A stretch of DNA of 64,000 nucleotides, taken from a bacterium. GTDB lineage: Bacteria > UBA8248. The notes beneath the pieces were generated by a model. That model was not told where the DNA came from, ran no database searches, and saw nothing but the letters and a program-made list of their open reading frames with translations. The stretch spans positions 1,024,001-1,088,000 of the forward strand of contig OZ242260.1 in assembly GCA_965207065.1 (NCBI GenBank), given 5' to 3'. Below are positions 19,422-28,652 of this stretch, one piece after another; the stretch's first letter is position 1; every line of letters starts with the position of its first letter. The translations under genes were made by a program, and so were the position numbers.

Positions 19422-20462
19422 ATGCAGCAGGAAGCCGCCACCGTCGGCACCACGAAATTCAGGGGAATGACGCTCGAGCGCCACATCCGCGAGGAGGAGA
19501 GAAACCACCCGGGCGCGCGCGGGCTGTTCACCCGCCTCGTCACGCAGATCACCCTGGCCGCCAAGATCATCAACGCCGAGGTGAACAAGGCGGGCCTCGT
19601 GGATATTCTCGGGTTGACCGGCGAGGTCAACGTGCAGGGCGAGGAAGTCCAGAAACTCGACGAATACGCCAACGACGTGCTGCGAAAGGCCCTCGACCAC
19701 ACCGGCTCGGTGGCCGCCCTGGCGAGCGAGGAGATGGAGGAGGTCTATGCCGTCCCCGGCGAATATATCGAGGGGGGCGAATACGTCGTGCTCTACGACC
19801 CGCTGGACGGCTCCTCGAACATCGACGTGAACGTGAGCATCGGCTCGATTTTCTCGATCCTGCGCCGCAAGGCAGAGAGCGGCCCCACAGAGGTCGACGA
19901 CTTCCTCCAGCCGGGCCTCGCCCAGGTTTGCGCCGGCTACGTGATCTACGGCTCGTCCACCATGCTGGTCTACACCACGGGCAACGGCGTCGACGGCTTC
20001 ACGCTCGACCCGTCCGTGGGCGAGTTCTTCCTCTCCCATCCCGACATCCGGATTCCCGAGCGGGGGAAGATATACAGCATCAACGAGGGCAATTCCTCGA
20101 AGTGGGACGAGCCCACCGCCCGCTACGTCGAATACCTGAAAGAGGAAGACGCCGAAACGGGCCGTCCCTATTCGGGGCGCTACATCGGCTCGCTGGTGGC
20201 CGATTTCCACAGAAACCTCCTGAAGGGCGGCATCTTCCTTTATCCCGGCGACAAGAAAAACCCCAGCGGCAAGCTGCGCCTTCTCTACGAGTGCAACCCC
20301 ATGTCCTTCATCGCGGAGCAAGCCGGGGGCGCAGCGAGCGACGGCAGCCGCAGGGTGATGGAGATCCAGCCCGAAAAACTGCACCAGCGCATTCCCTTCA
20401 TCGTCGGCAGCAAGCTCGACATCGCCGACGCCAACCGCTTCATGTCTGGAGGAGGAAACTAA
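19422..20462 (+). CDS. fbp: Class 1 fructose-1,6-bisphosphatase
   Basis: [43 protein letters not shown]. Confidence 0.96.
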   Translation: MQQEAATVGTTKFRGMTLERHIREEERNHPGARGLFTRLVTQITLAAKIINAEVNKAGLVDILGLTGEVNVQGEEVQKLDEYANDVLRKALDHTGSVAALASEEMEEVYAVPGEYIEGGEYVVLYDPLDGSSNIDVNVSIGSIFSILRRKAESGPTEVDDFLQPGLAQVCAGYVIYGSSTMLVYTTGNGVDGFTLDPSVGEFFLSHPDIRIPERGKIYSINEGNSSKWDEPTARYVEYLKEEDAETGRPYSGRYIGSLVADFHRNLLKGGIFLYPGDKKNPSGKLRLLYECNPMSFIAEQAGGAASDGSRRVMEIQPEKLHQRIPFIVGSKLDIADANRFMSGGGN

Positions 20463-21362
20463 ATGCAGACGCATCGCCTCGCTATTTTATTCCTCGCCGC
20501 CGCCCTGCTCACCGGATGCGTGGGCATCGAAGACTATGAGCGAAAAACGGATGAAGCCACGGGCCTCCGGGGCGAAATCGCAAAATTCGAGAGCCGGATC
20601 AGGGAACTTCGCGGCCAGATCGAGGAACTCGAAGGACAAATCAAACAAAAAGACCTGGACAACCAGGAACTGAGCCAGTCCCTCACCATGGCCCGGCGAC
20701 ACAGCCAGCAGACCGAGACGCGCGTGGCCGACCTGCGCGCGCGGACGACCGATCGGCAGAAGAAGCTGACCGAGGCCGCCAGGCGGGTTCAGCGCCTGCA
20801 GCGCGCCCATGAGAACTCGCGCGCGCGGGTTCAAGAACTTCAAAAAAACCTCGTCGCCGCGCAAAAGAAACTCCTGCGTTTCGAAGACCGGATTCGCTTC
20901 CAGATCCAGGTCGAAAAGGATGTGAAGGCGCAGTTCTCGAAAGAACGCCGCCGCGGAATCGTGGAGGTGCGCCGCGACGGCGACCGGGTAGTGACAAGCA
21001 TCGCGAGCGCCATTCTCTTCAAGTCGGGAAGCGCCAAGATCCGCTCCGAGAGCAAAGCGCTGCTCGTCAAATTCTCAAGACTTCTGCGCCGCTACGCGAA
21101 CCGCGAGGTGCAGGTGCAGGGCCATACCGACAACGTGCAGATATCCGATCGTCTGGCGGAGCGCTGGGAGACGAACTGGGAGCTTTCCGCCGCGCGCGCC
21201 ACGCGGGTGCTGCGCTACTTCGTCGAGGTGGGAAACCTCGACCCGCGCAGGGTCTCGGGAGCGGGGATGGGCGAGTTCCGCCCGATTGCCGACAACGATA
21301 CGCGCGAGGGACGACGGACGAACCGGCGGATCGAAATCGTCATCTTCCCCCCCGACTCCTAA
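20463..21362 (+). CDS. OmpA/MotB-family lipoprotein with coiled coil
   Basis: Lipobox LTGC, heptad coiled coil, GHTDN, NWELSAARA, NRRIEI. Confidence 0.88.
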   Translation: MQTHRLAILFLAAALLTGCVGIEDYERKTDEATGLRGEIAKFESRIRELRGQIEELEGQIKQKDLDNQELSQSLTMARRHSQQTETRVADLRARTTDRQKKLTEAARRVQRLQRAHENSRARVQELQKNLVAAQKKLLRFEDRIRFQIQVEKDVKAQFSKERRRGIVEVRRDGDRVVTSIASAILFKSGSAKIRSESKALLVKFSRLLRRYANREVQVQGHTDNVQISDRLAERWETNWELSAARATRVLRYFVEVGNLDPRRVSGAGMGEFRPIADNDTREGRRTNRRIEIVIFPPDS

Positions 21363-21405
21363 GAAACGGACGCTCTCGCGCCGCTTCACTAGAAAGGACT
21401 TTTAT

Positions 21406-22068
21406 TTGATCCTCGAGCGGATACCCGTCGGCCCATTCCAGATGAACAGCTACGTCGTGGGCTGCGAGGAGACGAAAGAGGGCGCCTACGTCGACCCGGG
21501 CGCGGAGGTGGAGCGCGTCATCGCGCTTGCGCGCGAGCGCGGCCTCACCCTCACCAAAATTATCGGCACCCACGCGCACCTGGATCACGCAGAGGGCGTA
21601 GCCGAGGCGAAGGAAAAACTGAAGGTTCCCTACTGGCTCCACGAGGCGGAACTCTTCAACCTGCAAAACATACCGAACGCGGCGCGCGGCTACGGTTTCC
21701 CGGAACCGCCCGTCCCCGAGGTGGACGCGCACCTCGTGCCGGGCGAGACGATTTCGGTGGGAAACCTGGAATTCGAGATCAGGCTCACCGACGGGCACGC
21801 GCCGGGCAACGTCACCCTCTACCGGCCGGGGAACGGCAACGAGGCGGGACACGCCATCGTGGGCGACGCGCTATTCGCAGGGTCGATCGGCCGAACCGAC
21901 CTCTACATGGGCGACGCGAACGTGCTGCTGAACTCCATCCGGGCGCAACTGCTCACATTGCCGGACGACACGGTCGTGCATCCGGGCCACGGGCCGGAGA
22001 CCACCATCGGCCACGAGAAATCCACCAACCCTTTCTGCCAGCCCGGAGCCGAACAATTTCTGGCGTAA
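21406..22068 (+). CDS. MBL-fold metallo-hydrolase (glyoxalase II-like)
   Basis: THAHLDH, GHAPG, GDALFAGSIGRTD, PGHGP; TTG start after AAAGGA. Confidence 0.9.
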   Translation: MILERIPVGPFQMNSYVVGCEETKEGAYVDPGAEVERVIALARERGLTLTKIIGTHAHLDHAEGVAEAKEKLKVPYWLHEAELFNLQNIPNAARGYGFPEPPVPEVDAHLVPGETISVGNLEFEIRLTDGHAPGNVTLYRPGNGNEAGHAIVGDALFAGSIGRTDLYMGDANVLLNSIRAQLLTLPDDTVVHPGHGPETTIGHEKSTNPFCQPGAEQFLA

Positions 22069-22109
22069 GCCCGGACACCCCCCAGGCGCACCCCCATCTG
22101 GGAGGCGGA

Positions 22110-22610
22110 GTGAAATTCTGCGTCTCCTGCGGGAATCCGCTCGTCTACCGCTCCTGGACGGAGGGAGACGGCACTATGCAGCTTTGCTGCGGCGCGGCGT
22201 CCTGCAACCACGTACATTTCCTGGACCCCAAGGTGGCGGCGGGCGTCGTCGCGACGATCGAGGGCGAAGCCGTGCTCGTCCGCCGCGCCCACAACCCCGG
22301 CAAGGGGCTCTGGACATTCCCGGGCGGCTTCGTGAACCGGGGCGAGGTGGTCCCGGAAGCCGCCGCGCGCGAGGCGAAAGAAGAAGCGGGCATCGAGGTG
22401 GCGGTGGACTCGCTGCTCGGAGTGTACTCGTTCGAGGGAAACGCCACCGTGCTCATCGTCTACACGGGCGTCGTGACGGCGGGCGTCCCCCGCGCCCTGT
22501 CCGAGAGCACGGAAGTCAAGCGCGTCGCGCCCGATGCGATCGACTTCGACGAGCTCGCCTTCGACACCACGCGCGCCGCCATGCGCGACTGGCGGGAGAG
22601 GGTGCGGTAG
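22110..22610 (+). CDS. NUDIX hydrolase with N-terminal zinc ribbon
   Basis: KFCVSCG...C, Nudix box GGFVNRGEVVPEAAAREAKEEAG. Confidence 0.9.
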   Translation: MKFCVSCGNPLVYRSWTEGDGTMQLCCGAASCNHVHFLDPKVAAGVVATIEGEAVLVRRAHNPGKGLWTFPGGFVNRGEVVPEAAAREAKEEAGIEVAVDSLLGVYSFEGNATVLIVYTGVVTAGVPRALSESTEVKRVAPDAIDFDELAFDTTRAAMRDWRERVR

Positions 22611-22636
22611 GGGGGAGTCGGGTCATTTTAGAAAGT

Positions 22637-22735
22637 GAACAACCAAGGGAGATTTGACCCTGCCGACAAATCCCTCCACCACGCCGTCTTTCCGGCGAAA
22701 GCCGGAATCCAGAAGATTTTCCTGAGCGATGAAAC
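22637..22735 (+). repeat. ~99-bp direct repeat copy 1 containing a CGTC-type REP palindrome (22684-22713)
   Basis: Matches 23140-23237; core CCGTCTTTCCGGCGAAAGCCGGAATCCAGA. Confidence 0.85.
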
Positions 22736-23043
22736 AACCCTGCGTATACATTCTCGCAAGTAAACGCAACGGTACGCTCTATGTGGGCGTTACTTCTGAT
22801 CTCATACGGCGGGTCTGGCAACACAAGAACAATGCGACGGGAGGCTTCACAAAGCGCTATGGTGTCCACACCCTGGTCTGGTACGAGAGTCACGAAACCA
22901 TGGAAAGTGCAATTACACATGAGAAGAGACTCAAAAACTGGCCAAGAACGCGAAAGCTCTCATTGATTGAAGCAGGCAATCCGAACTGGTGTGACTTATA
23001 TGAGGACCTCGTCAGCTCTGGATTCCGGCATTCACCGGAATGA
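22729..23043 (+). CDS. Small stand-alone GIY-YIG nuclease
   Basis: VYILASKRNGTLYVGVTSDL, AITHEKRLKNW, NPNWCDL. Confidence 0.93.
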   Translation: MKQPCVYILASKRNGTLYVGVTSDLIRRVWQHKNNATGGFTKRYGVHTLVWYESHETMESAITHEKRLKNWPRTRKLSLIEAGNPNWCDLYEDLVSSGFRHSPE

Positions 23044-23046
23044 CGG
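23017..23046 (-). repeat. Inverted CGTC-type REP copy overlapping the GIY-YIG stop codon
   Basis: Reverse complement CCGTCATTCCGGTGAATGCCGGAATCCAGA, 27/30 identical to 22684-22713. Confidence 0.88.
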
Positions 23047-23139
23047 TCTGAAAACCGAGTGTGGCGAGAAGAAAACGAGAATAGGTATCGGATAATAAGA
23101 TATCGAGCAGTTACGAACAGGTCGCGACCTCTTCAAAAA

Positions 23140-23237
23140 GAACAACCACGGGAGGTTGTCCCCGTCGACGAATTCGTCCACCACGCCGTCATTCCGGCGA
23201 ATGCCGGAATCCAGAAGATTTTCCTGAGCGATGAAAC
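23140..23237 (+). repeat. ~99-bp direct repeat copy 2 (REP plus GIY-YIG leader and ATGAAAC)
   Basis: Near-identical to the 3' half of 22637-22735. Confidence 0.85.
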
Positions 23238-23285
23238 CGACAGACGAGAGAGAAGAACCATTCCCGCAAGCGGTTCCCCGGCCCC

Positions 23286-23621
23286 CTACGATGCGCCTGC
23301 GTATATGAGCGCGCCGGGTTTCAGGGGAGCGTTCTTCTTCGGCTTCTTCACCCGCAACTCCACCGTCATGCCCAGCTTGACCATGTAGTCGATCAGCCGC
23401 TCGCGGGAGAAGCGCGAGAGCTTCCCGTTCATGAGATAGGAGGCTTCTGGTTGCTTGATGTCGAGAATTTTCATCACGTCTTTCTGGGTCAGCTTTCTTG
23501 ACTCGATCGTATTCGATACTTCGCTCAGGAGTTGCGCCCTAAGCATTATTTCATCCGCGTTCGGAAGCCCGAGGTCCTTGAAAATATTGTGGCTTCCTTC
23601 GAAAACTTCAATTTCACTCAT
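23286..23621 (-). CDS. XRE-family HTH protein (HigA-like antitoxin), orphan
   Basis: GSHNIFKDLGLPNA, LTQKDVMKILDIKQPEASYLMNGKLSRFS. Confidence 0.88.
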   Translation of the reverse strand: MSEIEVFEGSHNIFKDLGLPNADEIMLRAQLLSEVSNTIESRKLTQKDVMKILDIKQPEASYLMNGKLSRFSRERLIDYMVKLGMTVELRVKKPKKNAPLKPGALIYAGAS

Positions 23622-23674
23622 ATGCTTATCTCCCGCGCTGGCGATTAAAAGGTCAGGGTTTGCAATTTACGAAA

Positions 23675-23702
23675 ATTATAACAATATTGTTATATATGTC
23701 AA
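23675..23702 (-). promoter_or_regulatory. Consensus sigma70 promoter with palindromic operator
   Basis: Minus strand TTGACA-16 nt-TATAAT; perfect palindrome TATAACAATATTGTTATA at 23677-23694. Confidence 0.8.
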
Positions 23703-23857
23703 CGTCGGGCTGGCTCACCCTTAATTCGGAAAGCCACTTCCCCCTACACTCCCCATCCAAGCGATCGTATAATCCGGCGTCTTAAGGATATTTATTATTT
23801 TCGACCCAGGAGAGGCTCGCGCGGCGTGACGCCTCTTATCGCATGAGGAGACGACAG

Positions 23858-24535
23858 ATGACGCTGTCAGATGAAACGCTCGCGAAGCTGAGAGAAATCG
23901 ACACGCCCACGGTGTCGAACGCGGTGGAATCCTTCGGCGTTCGCCCCAGGACGCTGGGCCACACCGACGCGAGCATCGAGTGCATGTTCCCCGAGATGGG
24001 CGTGGCGCTCGGCTACGCCGTGACGTTCACGACGGGCGAATACGCGCCCGGCGAGGAGCGGACGCACACTTCAAGAATCGCGCTCTATGAGGCCGTGGCG
24101 GCGGCGCCCAAGCCCTGCGTCCTCGTGCAGCAGGACGTCGGCCCCAAGCCGCTCTCGGCGTGCCTCTGGGGGGAGATCATGTCGAACCTGTTCTCGCGCC
24201 TGGGAGCCGAGGGCGTGGTGACGGACGGGGTGGTGCGCGACATCGAGGAGATGCGCAAGGCGGGCTTCAAGACCTGGTGCGCGGGCATGACGGTCTCGCG
24301 CGGCGACGTGCGCGTGGTGGCGGTGAACACGCCGGTGGCCGTCGGCGGGATGGCCGTGGCGCCGGGCGACCTGATCCACGCGGACGGGGGCGGCGCGGTG
24401 GTGGTGCCCAAAGAAATCGCGGCGGATATCCCCGGCGCCGCCGAGCGCGTGCTCGCCAAGGAAGCCGAACTCCTCGACGCCATCCGCGCGGATGACTTCA
24501 GCCTGGACGACCTGGTGAAGCGGTTTTATTCGTGA
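23858..24535 (+). CDS. RraA/HMG aldolase family protein
   Basis: DTPTVSNA, GYAVT, WGEIM, VTDGVVRD, PGDLIHADGGG. Confidence 0.88.
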   Translation: MTLSDETLAKLREIDTPTVSNAVESFGVRPRTLGHTDASIECMFPEMGVALGYAVTFTTGEYAPGEERTHTSRIALYEAVAAAPKPCVLVQQDVGPKPLSACLWGEIMSNLFSRLGAEGVVTDGVVRDIEEMRKAGFKTWCAGMTVSRGDVRVVAVNTPVAVGGMAVAPGDLIHADGGGAVVVPKEIAADIPGAAERVLAKEAELLDAIRADDFSLDDLVKRFYS

Positions 24536-24575
24536 GGGGTGGAGGACCACCCGGCATATCCGTAAGCAATCCTGC

Positions 24576-24603
24576 GTAGGGACAGGTCGTGACCTGTCCC
24601 TAC
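24576..24603. repeat. GTAG-type REP palindrome
   Basis: GTAGGGACAGGTCGTGACCTGTCCCTAC; relatives at 51489, 61957, 62002, 62957, 63678. Confidence 0.85.
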
Positions 24604-24669
24604 TGAAATTCCATATTCTTCTGACAATTCCTGGAAAATTGATTTCTTCTTTACGGAATCTTCCGCCCC

Positions 24670-25293
24670 CTATCCACCGGCGAGCCAGCGCTCGGCCGCT
24701 TCGCGCACTTCGGCTTCCTTCTCGGTCCTGGCGATGGTGATCCCCTCCGGAGGCGTCTGCCCCGTCCGCGCGTTCCGCCAGCAGTGGTAGCGGATGTTCA
24801 AGGGGTATTGCTCCAGGTTCATGTCCTCGTAGAAGGAATCCGGTATTTCCCGGGGATTGTGCGCGTCCATGCGGTCCTTCTCGTAGATGGCCGTGCGGTT
24901 GAAAATCCGCCATCTGCCGTCGCGCTTTTCCACCTGGTCGAGATAGCAGCTCCAGGTGTGGAAATCGAAGGCGTAGCCGTCCAGGAGACGCCGGTTGTGG
25001 AGAATGACGTCGTACTCGATGATCGCGCGCTCGCCGTTCAGCCGCACCCTCGGGTTCGCGTTGACGTGCTTGGTGAACTCCTGCACGTCGCGCGAGGCCA
25101 TCATCTTCACGGAGCGCTCGATGAATTCATCCACCGGGCCGGAGTGCCAGCTCACCGTCACGCATCCGTCGGGGTGGTAGCAGTCCCGGAGCGTCTCCCA
25201 GTCGCCCTTGTCGCGGGAGTAACAGGCTGCGGCGACGACTTCCTGAATCTCGAATTTATCGAGCATGTTCTGCAGTCTTTCGGAATCCGGCAT
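24670..25293 (-). CDS. SnoaL/NTF2-like protein
   Basis: RDKGDWETLRDCYHPD, EKRDGRWRI; start re-set to 25293. Confidence 0.85.
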   Translation of the reverse strand: MPDSERLQNMLDKFEIQEVVAAACYSRDKGDWETLRDCYHPDGCVTVSWHSGPVDEFIERSVKMMASRDVQEFTKHVNANPRVRLNGERAIIEYDVILHNRRLLDGYAFDFHTWSCYLDQVEKRDGRWRIFNRTAIYEKDRMDAHNPREIPDSFYEDMNLEQYPLNIRYHCWRNARTGQTPPEGITIARTEKEAEVREAAERWLAGG

Positions 25294-25371
25294 GGCGATC
25301 CTCCCGTTCCGGGCCGGCCTGCTCGCAGGCGTTTTCGGAGGTTCGAGTCGTTTCAGGGAAAACAGACGCAA

Positions 25372-25410
25372 AGCAGCCCCTCGCCCGATGAGGACGGACA
25401 AGGGGCTGCT
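25372..25410 (-). terminator. Stem-loop downstream of the substrate-binding protein gene
   Basis: AGCAGCCCCT / AGGGGCTGCT 10-bp stem followed by a short T run on the minus strand. Confidence 0.55.
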
Positions 25411-25424
25411 GTGGGTTTAGGTTT

Positions 25425-26963
25425 CTACTTTTCGAGATACGCCTTGCGCCAGTAAAGCCGCTCGCCGGGGTGGACGATTACCCCTTTGAGCTTCTTGGAT
25501 TTTCCGACCAGCATGACTTCCTGCTTGAAGAAGACCCAGGGCGGATTGTCGATGACCATCTTCGCCGCCTTCTTGTACATCGCCTTGCGCTTGACCGGGT
25601 CGTTGACCTGGCGCGCCTCGTCCACGATCTTCTCGAGTTCGGGGTTCTTGTAACGGGTGTAGTTCCCCGAACGCCCGTGGGTGGCGGAGTGGAACTTGTT
25701 GTACATGACCATGTCCGGGTCGCCCGTGGACACGCCCCAGCCGTAGAGGAACATGGGCGCTTTGCCCTTCCGTACGGAGGGGGCGACGAGGCCCCAGGAG
25801 CCCGTGCGGAGCTTCGCCTGGATGCCCACGTTCGCCAGTTGGGCCTGAATGGCTTCGGCCGCGACCTTATCGGCCGTGTACCTGCCGGTGGGGTGCCAGA
25901 ACTCGGTCTTGAACCCGTTGGGATATCCCGCCTTCGCCAACAACTCCTTGGCTTTTTTCGGGTTGTAGGAGTAGCCCATTTTTTCGAACTCGGGGTCATA
26001 ACCCCAGACGGTCGGCCCGAAGGGTCCGCGGATGGGCCGCCCCACGCCGAGCATGACCTTCTCGATGATGGTCTTCGTGTCGATGGCGTAGTTCATCGCC
26101 TGGCGGACGATCGGGTTGTCGAATGGTTTATGCAGCATGCTCATTCCGATGAAGATCACCCGGAACAGGGGCGCTTTCACCAGGTCCAGCTTGGGGTCCT
26201 TGTCCACTTCGCCCAACTGCGCGGGCGGCAGGAACATGGCCAACTGTGCCTGACCGGAGCGAAGCTGCAATACCCGCGTCGTGGCTTCGGGGACCAGCCG
26301 GAATTCCAGAACGTCGATCTTGGGTTTTCCGTCCCAGTAATCGGGGTTGGCCTTGAAGCGGATGTATTCACCCGCCACCCATTTCTCAAAAATGAACGGG
26401 CCGGTTCCGACCGGGTTGCGGCGGAAATTCTTCCCGTGTTTCTTGATGGCGGTGGGGCTGCCGATGGCGGCGACCGGCGTGCCCAGGTTCAGCAGGATGG
26501 GGGCGAAGGGATACTTGAGCCCGATCTGGACCGTGTGGTCGTCGATGACGCTGACGTCCTTGATCATGGCGATCCATTTCCTGAGACGTGCGCGCTTGTG
26601 GCTTCGCGTGCGGTCGAGATTGAACTTCACGGCCGCGGCGTTGAAGGGCGTGCCGTCGTGGAACTTCACCCCCTTGCGCAGCTTGAAGACGAGCGTGGTG
26701 GGGTTCTTGAACTCCCATGAAGTGGCGAGCCGGCCCTCGATCTTGCCGTCCAGGCGGTGAAAGGTCAGCGAGTCGTACAGGCTCGTCTGGACGTTCAGGT
26801 CCGCGGAACCGGCCGGGTGAAGGGCGTTGTCGAGACTCTTGGGCTCCGCTCCGTGTACGAAGACGACCTTGGACGCCGCCGATGAAATCCCCCACGTAAG
26901 GGCGATGGCCGCAAAAAACAGCACTCCGGCGCCAACGAATTTTCTGGTACTTGTGCTCAGCAT
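25425..26963 (-). CDS. ABC transporter substrate-binding protein, family 5 (peptide/glutathione type)
   Basis: Signal peptide, LRKGVKFHDGTPFNA, PVGTGPF, VRQAMNYAID; AGGAGG RBS. Confidence 0.93.
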   Translation of the reverse strand: MLSTSTRKFVGAGVLFFAAIALTWGISSAASKVVFVHGAEPKSLDNALHPAGSADLNVQTSLYDSLTFHRLDGKIEGRLATSWEFKNPTTLVFKLRKGVKFHDGTPFNAAAVKFNLDRTRSHKRARLRKWIAMIKDVSVIDDHTVQIGLKYPFAPILLNLGTPVAAIGSPTAIKKHGKNFRRNPVGTGPFIFEKWVAGEYIRFKANPDYWDGKPKIDVLEFRLVPEATTRVLQLRSGQAQLAMFLPPAQLGEVDKDPKLDLVKAPLFRVIFIGMSMLHKPFDNPIVRQAMNYAIDTKTIIEKVMLGVGRPIRGPFGPTVWGYDPEFEKMGYSYNPKKAKELLAKAGYPNGFKTEFWHPTGRYTADKVAAEAIQAQLANVGIQAKLRTGSWGLVAPSVRKGKAPMFLYGWGVSTGDPDMVMYNKFHSATHGRSGNYTRYKNPELEKIVDEARQVNDPVKRKAMYKKAAKMVIDNPPWVFFKQEVMLVGKSKKLKGVIVHPGERLYWRKAYLEK

Positions 26964-27184
26964 GTACATCCCTCCTTGGATAGGAATATCAGAGAAAAAG
27001 TTCCGGCGCTTAAGTGCGCGCCGACCTCTGAAGCAACACTCTTGGTTCACCAGTTTGTAAGCTTGGTCTCCATTTTAGGTTTTACACGGCGAACATGCAA
27101 TATGATGCGGCCTCTTTGCGGGGGTGGTGGGGAAGGGCCACAGAAGGAGCGCGCTGAATTTCACTCTTCCCCTTGTAGAGAAGC

Positions 27185-27374
27185 AACCACTCCCCCCTTG
27201 AGGGTCGGGCATCCCGAGGGGAATGCCCGACAGTGAACTGAGGGCGCAAGCCCGAAAGTGAACTGGTGGGGGGTATAACTCGGAGTGGCGATAAAACGCG
27301 ATTCACCCCCCACCGATTCAGCCTTCGCACAAACCGCTCGGCTTCATCGACTCCCCCTCAAGGGGGGAGTGGTT
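27185..27374. mobile_element. MITE-like element with perfect 20-bp terminal inverted repeats
   Basis: AACCACTCCCCCCTTGAGGG ... CCCTCAAGGGGGGAGTGGTT; partial copies at ~36292-36335 and ~23238-23265. Confidence 0.7.
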
Positions 27375-27443
27375 CTTCTCTCTCGTCTGTCGATTACATG
27401 AGCCGAATCACGTAAACAAGTTTTTCCAACAAAGCCTTTAGCT

Positions 27444-27620
27444 GGCTGTTGAAAAAGCCGGAGAAGAAAATTTGTTTGTGTGTAGGGGCCGCATACATGC
27501 GGCCCACCCCGTCCGGCATGCGGGACGCATGTATGCGTCCCCTACACGGAAACGGCAATGATGCCGGAATGACGGCGGTGATCAATTCCGACCGAGCGGA
27601 GAGGACTCTTTTCAACAACC
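27444..27620. mobile_element. Miniature element with GGYTGTTGAAAA ends carrying a GTAG REP doublet
   Basis: GGCTGTTGAAAAAG ... CTTTTCAACAACC; interior shared in inverted orientation with 58462-58545. Confidence 0.65.
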
Positions 27621-27719
27621 CGAAAAAGGCTGATCGCATCGTGCATTCGGTCCGGTTATGATAGCATCGAACCCTCTTTCAAAGTGATTTGGTTCTCTTG
27701 CGGGCGGGAAGGCGCGTTC

Positions 27720-28652
27720 ATGGTCGAATACATCGCGAGGAGAGTGGTCCTGCTCATCCCCGTTCTCATCGGCGTCTCGCTCGTTATCTTCCTCTCCATC
27801 CGCCTCGTTCCGGGAGACCCGGCCGAAGCCCTGGCGGGCGAATTCGCGGATGAGGAATATATCGCGGAAATACGCCGGATATACGGGCTGGACCAGCCCC
27901 TCCACGTCCAGTACGGCATGTTCATGAAGCGGGCCCTGCAGGGAGACCTGGGCCGCTCGATCCTCTCCGACAGGCCCGTGCTGGGCGAAGTCTGGTCCCG
28001 CTTCCTGAACACGCTTCAACTCGCTTTCTGGGCGGTGCTCCTCGCCACCATTGTGGGCCTGCTGGCCGGGGTGATCTCGGCGACGAACCCTTATTCCAAG
28101 TTCGACTACGGCAGCATGGCGGGCGCGCTTCTTGGGATATCCATGCCTTCGTTCTGGTTCGGCCTTCTTCTGATGGCGTTTTTTTCCGTATACCTCGGGT
28201 GGCTGCCGGCGGGAGGAAAAGGCACGGCGGCGCACTTGATCATGCCGGTGGTCACGCTCGGCCTGACGGGGGCCGGCCTCATCGCGCGCATGACGCGCAA
28301 CACCATGCTCGAAATCACCGGCAGCGAGTACATCACCACGGCGCGCTCGAAAGGACTGGCGAGCGGGAAGGTCCATTACGTCCACGCGCTCAAGAACGCC
28401 ATGCTCCCCGTCATCACCGTGATCGGCCTCCAGTCGGGATACCTGCTGGGCGGGTCGGTGATCACCGAATCGGTGTTCGCCTGGCCGGGCCTGGGCCGCT
28501 ACATCGTCGAGGCCATCAAGCTGCGGGATTACGCCGCGGTGCAGGGTTCGCTGCTGTTCTTCGCGCTCACGTTCGCCGTGGTGAACCTGACGGTGGACCT
28601 CCTCTACGCGATCTTCAACCCGCGCGTCCGCTACGGGGGGTCGGGCGAATGA
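27720..28652 (+). CDS. Peptide/nickel ABC transporter permease (DppB-like)
   Basis: PGDPA, GLDQPL, GDLGRS, EYITTARSKG, HALKNA. Confidence 0.93.
   Translation: MVEYIARRVVLLIPVLIGVSLVIFLSIRLVPGDPAEALAGEFADEEYIAEIRRIYGLDQPLHVQYGMFMKRALQGDLGRSILSDRPVLGEVWSRFLNTLQLAFWAVLLATIVGLLAGVISATNPYSKFDYGSMAGALLGISMPSFWFGLLLMAFFSVYLGWLPAGGKGTAAHLIMPVVTLGLTGAGLIARMTRNTMLEITGSEYITTARSKGLASGKVHYVHALKNAMLPVITVIGLQSGYLLGGSVITESVFAWPGLGRYIVEAIKLRDYAAVQGSLLFFALTFAVVNLTVDLLYAIFNPRVRYGGSGE

Noticed and set aside
20463-21362. Flagellar stator motB
   Set aside because: It has a lipobox and coiled coil instead of the MotB TM helix with the conserved Asp, and there is no motA partner
22637-23237. CRISPR array suggested by recurring ~30-bp palindromic repeats
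   Set aside because: Copies are in mixed orientation with irregular spacing, there is no spacer series, and no cas genes are present
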